A stretch of DNA of 64,000 bases from positions 256,001 to 320,000 of the forward strand of contig CAVTHO010000006.1 of NCBI GenBank assembly GCA_963734545.1, read 5' to 3'. This DNA is from an uncultured Spirochaetota bacterium (lineage in GTDB: Bacteria; Spirochaetota; Spirochaetia; SZUA-6; Fen-1364). Position numbers and translations under genes: made by a program. This document shows positions 31,430 through 42,377 of the stretch, one piece after another. Numbering within the stretch: the first letter of the stretch is position 1; the number at the start of each line of letters is the position of its first letter. The notes under the pieces were generated by a model that searched no databases, was not told the origin of the DNA, and was given only the letters and a program-made list of their open reading frames with translations.

Positions 31430-34400
31430 ATGAGCGATCGCATGCGCCTCGTGCCCTTCCGGGAGCTTTTTCTCAGGGCACTGGCGGAGTTCCGGGCAAA
31501 GGGATCGATATTCGACCTCCCTCTTGCGCACTTCTGGCAGTCCGCCGGCACCCGGGCCGCCCCGATATTCACCTCGCACGCCGCCAATCCCGTGGGGCCG
31601 GCTGCGGGCCCGCACACCCAGCTCAGCCAGAATATCCTCGCTGCCTGGCTGGCAGGGGGGCGCTACATCGAGCTGAAGACAGTGCAGAAGCTCGATTCGC
31701 TCACCGTCGCCAAGCCCTGCATCGACGCCGCGGACGAAGGCTACAACGTCGAGTGGTCCACCGAGCTCAGCCTCGACGAGGCCTACGACGAGTACCTCAA
31801 GGCATGGCTGCTCGTGCACTCCTTCCATACGCTCATGGGCGCGGAGCCGCGCGAACCGGAAACGCTTTTCAACATGAGCGTCGGTTACGATCTCGACGGC
31901 ATCAAGACGGAGAAGATGAACCGGATCATCGACCGGCTGATCGACTCCTCGTCCGAGCCCCTCTTCACGCGCTACCGGGAGGAGCTTGCCGCGCTGGCCG
32001 CGGACTCGCGCCTTCTGCAGGGCACGCCATGGGTTGCGCGGGCACCTTTTCTTCGCGAGCTTCCCTCCCGCATCCCTGCCCGGATCTGCGCCTCGGTCAC
32101 TCTCTCCACGATGCATGGCTGTCCCCCCGGTGAGATCGAATCGATCTGCGCGTACCTGCTTCGGGAGAAGAAGCTGGACACGCTCGTGAAGCTCAACCCC
32201 ACCCTGTTGGGGCACGAGCGCGCCAAAGAGATACTCTCCGGCCTGGGCTTCGGCTACGTGAGCCTGAACCCGGAAGGCTTTCGCAAGGACCTGCAGTACG
32301 CCGACGCGGTCCCGATGCTGACCCGGCTTCTCGGCCTGGGCAGGCAGGAAGGCAGGCACTTTGGCGCCAAGCTTTCCAATACCCTTGCGGCGGCCAACAG
32401 CAGGGGCGTGCTGCCGGGAGACGAGATGTACATGTCCGGCAGGGCGCTCTACCCGCTGACGATCACTCTCGCCGCGAGCCTTGCAGCCGATTTCAAGGGA
32501 GCGCTGCCGCTCTCGTTTTCCGGCGGTGTGTCCGCCTGGAATATCGGCGAGGTGCTGGAGGCGGGCATACGGCCCATCACGCTTGCCACGGACCTGCTGA
32601 AGCCCGGCGGATACGGAAGGCTGAAAGAGCTTGCGGAAACGGCGGAGAAACACGCGGCGGCATGGGGCACACGGCGCGTGGATGCCCGGGGGCTTGGACG
32701 CGCAGCGGAAGCCGTGCGCGGCGCCCCGTCACGCTCAGAAAGGACTTCCGCGGCGCCGGCGAAGGTCCACGTCGAGGGACCGCTTCCCCTGTTCGATTGT
32801 TTCGTCGCGCCGTGCATGCATGCCTGCCCGATCTGCCAGGATGTTCCCGAGTACGTGCACCTGGCCGGCGCAGGCAGGTTCGAGGAAGCATTCGAGGTCA
32901 TCTACAGGCGCAACCCGCTCCCCTTCATGACAGGCTATCTCTGCGACCATCAGTGCACGCAGAACTGCACGCGCATGGACTGGGAAGGGTCTGTCCGGAT
33001 ACGGGAAGTCAAACGGGTCGCCGCGGAGAGAGGCTACGACGCCTATCGGTCCAGCGGCAGGCTGGCCGCGCGGAAGGCGGCGCCGAGGGGAGTGAAAGCA
33101 GCCGTCGTCGGCGCCGGTCCGGCGGGGCTGGCCGCCGCGTCTTTCCTGGCGCGCGAGGGCTTCGAGGCGCACGTGTTCGAGCGGGAGAGCGAGCCGGGAG
33201 GGATCGTGCGCTGGCTCCTGCCCGGGTTTCCGCCTGCCCGCCGCCTCTGTGGAGAAGGACGTGTCCCTGCTGACGGACCTGGGGGTCCGGTTCCACTTCG
33301 GCGTGAAGGAAAAGCCGCGCGTCGGGCAGCTGAATGCGGAAGGCTTCCGTTACGTGCTTGCCGGTATCGGCGCGGAAGCGGACAAGAGATCGGCATCGAG
33401 GGGGCGCGCGAGGCGTTCGCGTTCCTCCGCGCAGTTCAGGAAGGACCCGTCCTCCCTGCGTCTCGGACGTTCCGTCGTGGTCGTCGGGGCGGGAGACACC
33501 GCAATGGATGCGGCGCGCGCCGCAAAGCGCTGCAAGGGCGTGAAGGTCGTGCGGATCGTCTATCGCAGGTCGGAGCGCGAAATGCCTGCCTCCGCGGAAG
33601 AGTACGCCTCCGCGCGGGAGGAGGGGATCCTGTTTCATTTCCTGCGCGCGCCGGAGCGCTGGTCGGCGGAGGCCGGCCTCGTCTGCCGCGTGATGGAGCT
33701 GGGCCCTGAAGATCAGACCGGCCGCTCCCGTCCGGTGCCCACGGAAGCGCGCGAGACCCTGCCGGCCGACACCCTCATCACCGCGCTGGGCGCCGAGGTG
33801 GACAGCAGGGGGCTCGAGAGTCTCGGGCTGCCTCCCGACAAGGCCGCGATAGACGCGCGCACCCAGGAAACCGGAGTGCCCGGATTGTTTCTCATCGGGG
33901 ACGCGGCGGCCGGGGCAGAGACCATCGTAAAGGCGATTGCCTCGGCGCGAAGGGCGGTGGATGCAGTCTGCGCGCAGGAATCCGGGCGCACGGCACCCCC
34001 TCGCGCGCCGGAGAGCGCGGGCGCCGGCAGGGCGCCTGCCTGGGATGTGCCTGCGGAAGATACCACCCGGCTGCGCACCCTGCGTGACCGGCTGATACCG
34101 GTGTCTGCCGCGGGCGCCGATGATGACGAGGTCAGGGACACGGAATCGCGGCGCTGTCTCGGCTGCAGGGCGCTGTGTCTCAAGTGCGTCGAGGTCTGTC
34201 CGAACAGGGCCAACACGTTCATACGCGTGGAGGGCTTCAGCGACGAGGCGCAGATCGTTCACCTCGATGCGTTCTGCAACGAATGCGGGAACTGCGCCAC
34301 CTTCTGCCCGTGGGAGGGACGGCCATACAGGGACAAGCTCACCGTCTTCGAAAATGAAGCGGACTTCCGTGACAGCACCAATCCCGGCTTCTTCCTCCGA

Positions 34401-34556
34401 AGGGGCAGGGGCATGGTCCGGATGGACGGCCGGGTCCGGGACCTGCTGGTGGACGCGGCGGGAAACGTGACGGAAGGCATGGACAAGGGCTCCGCAAAAG
34501 CGGTGGTGAGCGCGATTGTGCGCGACTACCCCTACCTTCTCGGAGAACAGCAATGA
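31430..34556 (+). CDS. ygfK: YgfK family Fe-S flavo-oxidoreductase (frameshifted)
   Basis: GPAAGPHTQLSQNI, KPCIDA.DEGYNVEWSTEL, GAGPAG, C-terminal CVEVCPNRAN and CNECGNC. Confidence 0.9.
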
Positions 34557-35875
34557 TCGTATTGAAAAATGCCACGCTCGTGCACCTGCACCCCGCCGAG
34601 GTGACTCCCGGCGTCGATGTCGTGATCGACGGAACAGAGATACGGACGGTGGGGCGGGCCGCCTCGGAAGCGTTGAAGGCGGAAAGGACCATCGACCTGG
34701 CGGGCCGCATCGTCATGCCGGGCCTCGTGTGCAGTCATGACCATTTCTACTCCGGTCTTTCCCGCGGCATCATGGCACGGATCGCGGCGAGCACCGACTT
34801 TGTTTCCACGCTGCAGAACCTCTGGTGGCGCCTGGACAAGGCGCTGGACGCCGACGCGCTGCAGTCCAGCGGCATGGTCTGCGCGATGGACGCGGTCAAG
34901 GCGGGCTGCACGGCCGTTATCGATCATCACGCATCCCCTTCCTTCATCACCGGCTCCCTGGAAATGCTGAAGGGATGCTTCGAGAAGGTGGGGCTCCGCG
35001 GGGTCCTCTGTTACGAGACCACGGACCGGAACGGTCCGGAAGGCTTGAAGCGGGGGGTGGAAGAGAACCGCAGCTTTGCCGGGCTGGTGGAGGAGGAGAA
35101 GAAAAGCCGGGGCGGGCAGCGGCTGGTGGAAGCGATGATCGGCGGACATGCCCCCTTCACACTTTCCAATGACGGTCTTGCGGCGCTTGCGGATGTCGTG
35201 TCGGCCACCGGACGCGGATTCCACGTGCACGCCGCGGAGGATGCGTTCGACGTTTCCTTTTCCCACGGCGCGTACGGCAAGGATCCTTTGCGCAGGCTGG
35301 ACGAGTTCGGCCTTCTCTCCGACAAGTCCCTGGTGGCGCACGGCCTGTACCTCACCGCCGCGGACCGGGAGATCCTCAACGTGCGCGGGGCATTTCTCGC
35401 CCACAACTGCCGCTCGAACATGAACAACCACGTCGGCTACAACGCCGAGCTGCCCCGGGTGAAGAACGTGGCGCTGGGCACCGACGGGATCGGCTCCGAC
35501 ATGCTCCTGGAGACCAAGTTCGCCTATTTCCGCCACCGTGACGCGGGAGGCCCTCTCACGCCGGGCGCCTTCATGCGTTTCCTCCAGAGCGGAAACGAGA
35601 TCCTGCATCGCTGCTTTGGTGAGAGCTTCGGCAGGGTGGAGGAGGGCTACAAGGCGGACCTCGTCATCCTGGACTACGACGCGCCGACCCCTCTCGTGCG
35701 CGAGAATGTCGCCGGTCATGCGATCTTCGGCATGGGAAGCAGGGACGTGGACACGGTGATCGTGAACGGCAGGATCATCATGGAGAGCAGGTCGTTCCGA
35801 TGGGACACGGCGCCCGTCTATGCGGCGGCCCAGGCAGCCGCGAGATCGCTCTGGCAGAAAATGGACCAGGCCTGA
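34553..35875 (+). CDS. ssnA: SsnA family amidohydrolase
   Basis: SHDHFYSGL, LWWRLD, IDHHAS, HAPFTL, HVHAAE, SNMNNHVGY, LGTDG. Confidence 0.9.
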   Translation: MIVLKNATLVHLHPAEVTPGVDVVIDGTEIRTVGRAASEALKAERTIDLAGRIVMPGLVCSHDHFYSGLSRGIMARIAASTDFVSTLQNLWWRLDKALDADALQSSGMVCAMDAVKAGCTAVIDHHASPSFITGSLEMLKGCFEKVGLRGVLCYETTDRNGPEGLKRGVEENRSFAGLVEEEKKSRGGQRLVEAMIGGHAPFTLSNDGLAALADVVSATGRGFHVHAAEDAFDVSFSHGAYGKDPLRRLDEFGLLSDKSLVAHGLYLTAADREILNVRGAFLAHNCRSNMNNHVGYNAELPRVKNVALGTDGIGSDMLLETKFAYFRHRDAGGPLTPGAFMRFLQSGNEILHRCFGESFGRVEEGYKADLVILDYDAPTPLVRENVAGHAIFGMGSRDVDTVIVNGRIIMESRSFRWDTAPVYAAAQAAARSLWQKMDQA

Positions 35876-35971
35876 TCACGCAGACCCCGTGTCCGCGCAG
35901 GCCGGGCTGTTGACAGACCCGCGCGTCTGGATCATCCTGTCGCAGCTTATTTCGAGAATTAGGAGGACGGA

Positions 35972-36037
35972 ATGTCAGCTCTTGCGAGCATTGTGGTGGA
36001 AAGGTCCTGCTGCGTTTTCCGGAGCTCGCGGAGGTAA
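35972..36037 (+). CDS. Putative 21-aa leader peptide MSALASIVVERSCCVFRSSRR
   Basis: AGGAGG at 35961-35966, ATG at 35972, TAA at 36035; downstream of TTGACA (35910)-N17-CATCCT. Confidence 0.5.
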   Translation: MSALASIVVERSCCVFRSSRR

Positions 36038-36168
36038 TCGAACCGTTCCAGTGAGAGAATGAGAGCGGTCGGTTCCTTCGCGCAGTGAGCCGCGGTACCG
36101 CGTTCGCGCGGAACGCGTATTCGCGTATTCCGCGGCGGTTTGTATATCTCACGCGGAGGAATTGATCC

Positions 36169-36540
36169 TTGTCGAGATTCCAGAGCCCGGCCGCCCAGGC
36201 GGCCGACCAGCCTTTCCATTGCATCAATTGCAGCCAGCTCGTTCTGATCGCGTCCGCCGGGACGGACCAGAGAAATCATTGCCCCCACTGCCTGTGGAGC
36301 CTGCACGTCGACTTCCAGAATGGCGACAGGCGCTCCGCCTGCAGATCCCCCATGGAGCCCATCTCGGTGTGGGTGAAGCACAATGGCGAGTGGGCGGTGG
36401 TGCATCGCTGCAGGGAATGCGGCGCCCTGCGCGCAAACAGGATTGCGGGAGACGATAACGAGGTAATCCTCTTGTCCCTCGCTCTCAAGCCGCTTGCCCG
36501 GCCGGCGTTCCCCCTGGAGCGCCTGCGGCTGCCTACGTGA
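36169..36540 (+). CDS. RNHCP domain protein
   Basis: FHCINC, QRNHCPHCLWSLHVD, HRCRECG, NRIAGDDN. Confidence 0.92.
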   Translation: MSRFQSPAAQAADQPFHCINCSQLVLIASAGTDQRNHCPHCLWSLHVDFQNGDRRSACRSPMEPISVWVKHNGEWAVVHRCRECGALRANRIAGDDNEVILLSLALKPLARPAFPLERLRLPT

Positions 36541-36616
36541 ACTGTTCATTGCGGGCCCTCCCACAGGAGGGCTCGCCTTTTTCCGCCGGACAAATGAATG
36601 ACTTGTCCGGTTCGCG

Positions 36617-37261
36617 TCATTCGTTCTGCGGCGGTGGTGCCCTGCGGCGTGCCCTCGAGTCCAGCCTCTCGTCGCGCTGGCGGAATCGGAGCCACCTCTT
36701 CAGCCCTCTTTCGATCAGCATCATGACGTCGTCGGTGAGATCTTCCGTGTAGGGCCCGGGTATGTTGAGCGGAAGGGTCGTGAAGATCGCGATGAGCATC
36801 CTTTTCGGATTGCGGAAAAGGCTGGTGCGGAACACTCCTCTGCGCGTACCCTCTGCCAGGATCTCCTCAATGAGCTCTTCGATGCGCCCGAAGAGCGTGC
36901 TCCCGCTGCTCACCCTGTCCTCCAGCCCCGGATAGATGTACCGCCTCTCCCCGGTGTAGATGCCCCGCAGGATCTGGTTGCTGCGCAGGCTGAGGGTCGC
37001 ATAGCGAAAGAGCGCTTTCAGCCGGAAGAGGGGGGAGTGGAGGCTGTTCACGTGCTTTTCCATGTCGCGGATTCCGCGCTGCTCGATCGTGTCCAGGATG
37101 GCGGAGTAGAAGGCCTCCTTGCTGGGGAAGTAGGTATAGAAGCTGCCCATGCCGAGCCCCGCCGCATCCGTGATGTCCCTGATGCTGACATCGCGGTAGC
37201 CGTGCTGGGCAAAGAGCCGCTCGCCGATCCGGAGCAGGGTGTCCGTGCGGTTTCTTTCCAT
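36617..37261 (-). CDS. TetR/AcrR family transcriptional regulator
   Basis: LFAQHGY..VSIRDIT.AAGLGMGSFYTYFPSKE HTH. Confidence 0.92.
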   Translation of the reverse strand: MERNRTDTLLRIGERLFAQHGYRDVSIRDITDAAGLGMGSFYTYFPSKEAFYSAILDTIEQRGIRDMEKHVNSLHSPLFRLKALFRYATLSLRSNQILRGIYTGERRYIYPGLEDRVSSGSTLFGRIEELIEEILAEGTRRGVFRTSLFRNPKRMLIAIFTTLPLNIPGPYTEDLTDDVMMLIERGLKRWLRFRQRDERLDSRARRRAPPPQNE

Positions 37262-37439
37262 GAATCTCCCCTGGTGACGGACCGGATGCCGCGGTCAAAT
37301 ATCCGGCTTCTTCCCGTTTTCGACGGCCTCCGGCATGCGGCGGCGCGCCGGAGCCTCGTGAAACCCGCGTTTTTGGCACATCCGGCGCCGCGGGCGTTGA
37401 CACTACCCCGCGTGGAAAACAGTCTCGTGTGGGGAGAGT

Positions 37440-38765
37440 ATGAAAGCGCTGGAAAAAAGACAAGCAACCGAACCCCACTACGTGCTGGCGTGTCCCGTCT
37501 GCGGCGGGACGTACGAAGACTCTCCCGATGAGTTTCTTCTCTCCTGTCCCGCGCCGCATCCCCCGGCCCTGCTGCGCGCGGTCTACCGGGAAAAGAAGCT
37601 CAAGGCGCATCCCGAGCATTCAGGGGTCTTCCGGTTTTTCGACTGGCTCCCCATCAGGCGGCGGCTCCCCGGTGCCGCGGGCCCGGCCGTGTACCGCAGC
37701 ACCGGTCTGGGTCCGCTCCTGGGGCTGAACAACCTGTTCGTCGTATTCAACGGCTGGTGGCCCGAGAAGGGCGCCCGGATGGAAACCTGTACGTTCAAGG
37801 AGCTGGAGGCCCAGGCGGTGTGCGGCAGGATCATGGACGGCTGGGAGTCCGCCCTTGTCGTATCCTCCGCGGGCAACACGGCGCGCGCTTTCCACCACGC
37901 CTGCAGCCGCTACGACGTGCCGGCGCTGATCGTGGTTCCCCGCCGCGGCATGTCGATGCTCTGGGGCACCGGCGCGCGCCGCCCGGAATGTGCGCCTGGC
38001 GGTGATCGACGGGGGCGCCGACTACGCCGACGCCGTCGAGCTGGGCAACGGGATTGCCGGCACCGAGGGCTACTACTCGGAGGGCGGCGCGCGCAATGCG
38101 GCGCGGCGGGACGGCATGGGCACGACGGTGCTCTCCGCCGTGGAAGCTGCCGGAGTGATTCCCGATCACTACTTCCAGGCGGTCGGCAGCGGGACGGGCG
38201 CCATCGCGGCATGGGAGATGAACCTGAGGCTGCTGGAGGACGGACGTTTCGGCAGCAGGAAGATGAGGCTGCACCTTTCGCAGAACGCGCCCTTCACCCC
38301 GATGACGGATGCGTGGGAGGCAGGCTCCCGCACGCTTGCCGTCGAGCCGTCACCGAGGCGCGGGCCCGGTCCCACGCCATCCGCGCGCAGGTCCTGGGCA
38401 ACAGGAACCCGCCGTATTCCGTGACGGGCGGTCTCTATGACGCGCTTCGCGACACGGACGGCTGCATGTACCGGGTGACGAACGAGGAAGCGCGCAACGC
38501 GGGCCTGCTCTTCGAGGAGTGCGAAGGCAGCGATATCGATCCTGCCGCGGAAGTGGCCGTGGCGTCGCTGCTGGAGGCCGCGCGCGGGGGACGCATCCGG
38601 CCCCGGGACGCCGTTCTGCTCAACATCACGGGGGGCGGGCGGCGCAGGCTCCTTGCCTCGCGCAGAACGGCGGCGCTGCGGGAAGACGCCACATTCACGA
38701 TCGAGGAGCTGCGCACGGACGGCCCCGCGCGCGGCCTGCGGCTGCTCCGGGAGGCCCTCGCGTGA
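37440..38765 (+). CDS. Cysteate synthase (two frameshifts)
   Basis: FNGWWPEKGARMETCTFKELEA (PLP Lys), SAGNTARAF, EGGARNAARRDGMGT, YFQAVGSGTG, SQNAPF, LLNITGGG. Confidence 0.85.
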   Translation: MKALEKRQATEPHYVLACPVCGGTYEDSPDEFLLSCPAPHPPALLRAVYREKKLKAHPEHSGVFRFFDWLPIRRRLPGAAGPAVYRSTGLGPLLGLNNLFVVFNGWWPEKGARMETCTFKELEAQAVCGRIMDGWESALVVSSAGNTARAFHHACSRYDVPALIVVPRRGMSMLWGTGARRPECAPGGDRRGRRLRRRRRAGQRDCRHRGLLLGGRRAQCGAAGRHGHDGALRRGSCRSDSRSLLPGGRQRDGRHRGMGDEPEAAGGRTFRQQEDEAAPFAERALHPDDGCVGGRLPHACRRAVTEARARSHAIRAQVLGNRNPPYSVTGGLYDALRDTDGCMYRVTNEEARNAGLLFEECEGSDIDPAAEVAVASLLEAARGGRIRPRDAVLLNITGGGRRRLLASRRTAALREDATFTIEELRTDGPARGLRLLREALA

Positions 38766-40007
38766 ACGATATTTTCGAGAAGACCCGGACCGACGGCGGC
38801 TACTTCGGCGATTTCCGCGCCGCCGGGGACATGTACTTCTCCCAGCCGATCCTCGACGGCGACCCGGGACCCCGGATGAAGTTCCAGGGCAAGGACGTCA
38901 TCGTCTGGGCCATCAACAACTATCTCGGCATCTCCGGGCAGGCCGGAGCTCACTGCCGCGGCCGCGGAGGCCGTAAAGCGCTACGGGCCCAGCGCCCCCA
39001 TGGGCTCGCGCCTGCTCACCGGCAACACGCGGGAGCACATCGAGCTGGAGAGGAAGCTGGCCGCGTTCTGCCGCAAGCCTGCCTCGATCGTGTTCAACTA
39101 CGGCTACCTCGGCGTGCTGGGCACCGTCTCGGCGCTGGTGGGCCCCGAGGACATCATCGTCATCGACTCTCTCTCCCACGCCTCCATGATCGACGCCACG
39201 CTGCTCGCCTCGGCCGGCCGGCGCTTTCGGCCGTACAAGCACAACAACATGGAGGACCTGGAGTCGCACCTGCAGGCCGCGGCAAAGGACCGCAAGGGCG
39301 GGATCCTCGTCGTGACCGAGGGCGTGTTCGGGATGAAGGGCAACTGCGCCCGGCTCGCCGATATCTGCGCGCTCAAGGAGCGCTACGGCGCGCGCCTGTT
39401 CGTGGACGACGCGCACGGGTTCGGCGTCATGGGCGCGGAGGGCCGCGGAACGGGTGAGCACTTCGGCGTGCAGGACAAGATCGATCTGTACTTCGGCACG
39501 TTCGCCAAGGCGTTTGCCGCAATCGGCGGGGTGACGGCGGGTGACTCCGACGTGGTGGAGTGGGTGCGCTACAATGCGCGGACAAACGTGTTTGCCAAGG
39601 CCCTGCCCATGGTGTACGTGAAGACCGTGGAAAAAGCGCTCTCCATCGTCGAAGGGGAACCGGAGCTGCGCAAAAAGATGTGGCACATCGCGCGCATGCT
39701 GCAATCAGGGCTGGTGGACCTGGGGTTCGACATCGGGGAACCCGAGTCCCCGATCACGCCGGTGTACGTGGTGGCGGGCGACGAGAAGACGGGCATGGCG
39801 CTCATGACCATGCTGCGCGAGGATTACGGCATATTCGTGTCCGGTGTGACATACCCGGTCGTGCCCCACGGCGTGTTTCTCTGCCGCATGATCCCCACCG
39901 CCGCGCATACCGAGGAAGACGTGCAGAAAACGCTCGACGCGTTCCGCCAGATGCGGGACCGGATGAAGCTGGATCTGTCGACAAAGCCGTCCCGGCAGAA
40001 CGGATAG
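38762..40007 (+). CDS. Alpha-oxoamine synthase, probable cysteate C-acyltransferase (CapB/SulA-like); frameshift near 38940
   Basis: DIFEK..GYFG..YFSQP.L.G..GPRMKF.GK.VIVWAINNYLG N-terminus; SHASMID, VDDAHG, GTFAKAF; GTGA overlap with cysteate synthase. Confidence 0.75.
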
Positions 40008-40040
40008 GGGCGCCGCTCCTGCCGATCGGCGGTCCTGCCG

Positions 40041-40069
40041 TTGACACTGCCTGCCGATACGTGTACATT
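40041..40069 (+). promoter_or_regulatory. Sigma70-type promoter of the DEAD-box helicase gene, long 5' UTR
   Basis: TTGACA-N17-TACATT about 170 nt upstream of the ATG. Confidence 0.6.
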
Positions 40070-40237
40070 CATCTCATATCAGAGCGCCGTGTCACGGTGC
40101 CTGAGGACATTCAACGAGTGAACAGGGCCTTACTAGTCCTCGCGGCGGCCTCACCGGCGATCCCACCGATTTCACACTCAAACAAGCCGGATATGTAACC
40201 GGACCTCTTCGTAAGAATTCCCGGTAGAAGGATCTCA

Positions 40238-41431
40238 ATGTATTTCTCAGATTTTTCCCTCGCAAAGGAGCTTCAGGCCGCTGCGCGGCGCATGGGCTTC
40301 GAACAGCCCACGCCCATCCAGGAGACGGCCATTCCGGCCGGCCTGTCGGGACGTGACGTCCTGGCCAGCGCGGAGACGGGCAGCGGCAAGACCGCCGCCT
40401 TCCTGCTTCCGATCATGCACAAGCTTCTGCCCATGCAGCGCGGCGCCACTCGCGCGCTCGTTGTCGCGCCCACGCGGGAGCTTGCCGCGCAGATCGCCGA
40501 TCACTTCCGCGAGCTTGCCGCCGGCACCCGCCTGACCTGCGCCGCCGTACACGGCGGAGTGGCAATGGGCGCGCAGGAGCGCGCGTTCCGCAAGGGCGTG
40601 GACATGGTCGTCGCCTGCCCCGGCAGGCTCCTGGACCACATGCGCAACAGCTACGTGGACCTGTCCGGCATCCAGTTCCTCGTCATCGACGAGGCTGACA
40701 GGATGCTCGACATGGGCTTCCTGCCGGACATCAAGCGCGTTCTCGCCGCGGTGCCCAGGAACAGGCAGACGTTCTTCTTCTCCGCCACGCTCCCCCCGGC
40801 CATCGTCACGCTGTCCCGTGAGCTGCTTCGAAGGACCCGGCCAGGCTGAACATCGACAGGAAGCCGGCGCCTGCCACCGGCATCACCCACTCGGTGTTTC
40901 CCGTGCCTTCAGACCGAAAGTCCAACCTGTTCCTCGAGCTGCTGGGCAAGGGGATCACGGGAAGCGTTCTCGTGTTCACCCGCACGAAGCACCGGGCGAA
41001 CAGGCTCGCCGATTTCCTGGACCAGCAACGGCGTGCGGTGCGCGCGGATCCACGGGAACCGCAGCCAGTCACAGCGCACCGCGGCGCTTGCCGGCTTCAA
41101 GCAGGGCAAGTTCCAGGTCCTCGTGGCCACGGACATCGCCGCGCGCGGCATCGACGTGGAGGCGCTGGGCTCGGTGGTGAACTTCGACGTTCCCCACCAG
41201 CCCGAGGACTACATCCACAGGGTCGGCCGCACGGCGCGGGCCCAGCTCACCGGTGACGCGCTGACCCTCGTTTCTCCCGAGGAGGAGAGGGATTTCGGCG
41301 CCATCGAGCGCGCGCTGGGCAGGCGCCTGCCCCGGCAGAAAGTGGAAGGTTTCGACTACACGTCGAAGCCGACGGTGACGCAGAGGCCTGCCCCCCGCCG
41401 GCAGAGGCAGGCGCCGCGCCGCGCGCGCTGA
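40238..41431 (+). CDS. rhlE: DEAD-box RNA helicase, RhlE-like (frameshifts)
   Basis: PTPIQ, AETGSGKT, PTRELA, DEADRMLDMGF, SAT, ARGID, YIHRVGRTAR. Confidence 0.88.
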
Positions 41432-41432
41432 T

Positions 41433-42377
41433 TCAGGTGTAGCGGATCCGGGGATTCAGCACCGCGTACAGCAGATCCGCCAGCAGGTTGGAGACGCTGA
41501 ACACGATGACGAGCAGGAGCGTGATTGCCTGCAGCAGGGGGATGTCCCTGCGCTGGATGGCGAACAGCAGGAGCCGGCCCAGGCCGGGGTAGCTGAAGAG
41601 TGACTCGGTCACGATCAGCCCGCCGATGAGCCAGCCGATCCCGATTGCGATCACCGTCACGGTGGGCAGGAGCGAGTTGCGGAGCACGTGCGTGAAGAGC
41701 ACGCGCGCCGGATGGAGTCCCTTCAGGTACGCGCTGCGCACGTAGTCCGTCGACAGGACCTCCGCGGTGGCGGACCGGGTCATGCGGGTGATATAGGCGA
41801 GACTCACCAGGGAGACGGTGATGCCCGGCAGGATGAGACGGGGAAGCGCTTCCAGGAGTCCCGCATCCGGGGTGATTGCCGAGCTCGCCGGGAGCCAGTT
41901 CAGCTTGAGGGCGAAAACCGCGATCAGCACGACCCCTGTGACGAACTCGGGAAGCCCGATGAACGCGAGGGACGTGATCGAGATGATCTGGTCGGCCACC
42001 TTGTTCCGGCGCAGCGCGGCGAGCAGGCCGAGCAGGATCCCCAGCGGCACGTACATGACGAACGCGACAAGGGCGAGCATGCCGGAGTTCCGCAGCCGGC
42101 CCGCCACGAGGTTCAGGACCGGCTCGCCCGTGCTCAACGACACGCCCCAGTCACCCTGCACGTAGTGCACCAGCCAGCTTCCGTATTGCATCGGCAGGGA
42201 CCGGTCGAGCCCGAGCTTTGCCCGCAATGCCTGGAGCGCCTCCGGGGTGGCAAACCGTCCGAGTATCGCTTTTGCCACGTCCCCCGGCAGGATCTGCGTC
42301 ACGATGAATATCAGCACGGATGAAATCAGCAGCGTCAGGAGGACAAGGCCGAGACGCCGCGCGATATAGGAGATCAT
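41433..42377 (-). CDS. Peptide/nickel ABC permease (DppB-like)
   Basis: LPGD, RMTRS..EVL..DYVRSAYLKGL, FSYPGLG, LNPRIRY. Confidence 0.92.
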   Translation of the reverse strand: MISYIARRLGLVLLTLLISSVLIFIVTQILPGDVAKAILGRFATPEALQALRAKLGLDRSLPMQYGSWLVHYVQGDWGVSLSTGEPVLNLVAGRLRNSGMLALVAFVMYVPLGILLGLLAALRRNKVADQIISITSLAFIGLPEFVTGVVLIAVFALKLNWLPASSAITPDAGLLEALPRLILPGITVSLVSLAYITRMTRSATAEVLSTDYVRSAYLKGLHPARVLFTHVLRNSLLPTVTVIAIGIGWLIGGLIVTESLFSYPGLGRLLLFAIQRRDIPLLQAITLLLVIVFSVSNLLADLLYAVLNPRIRYT

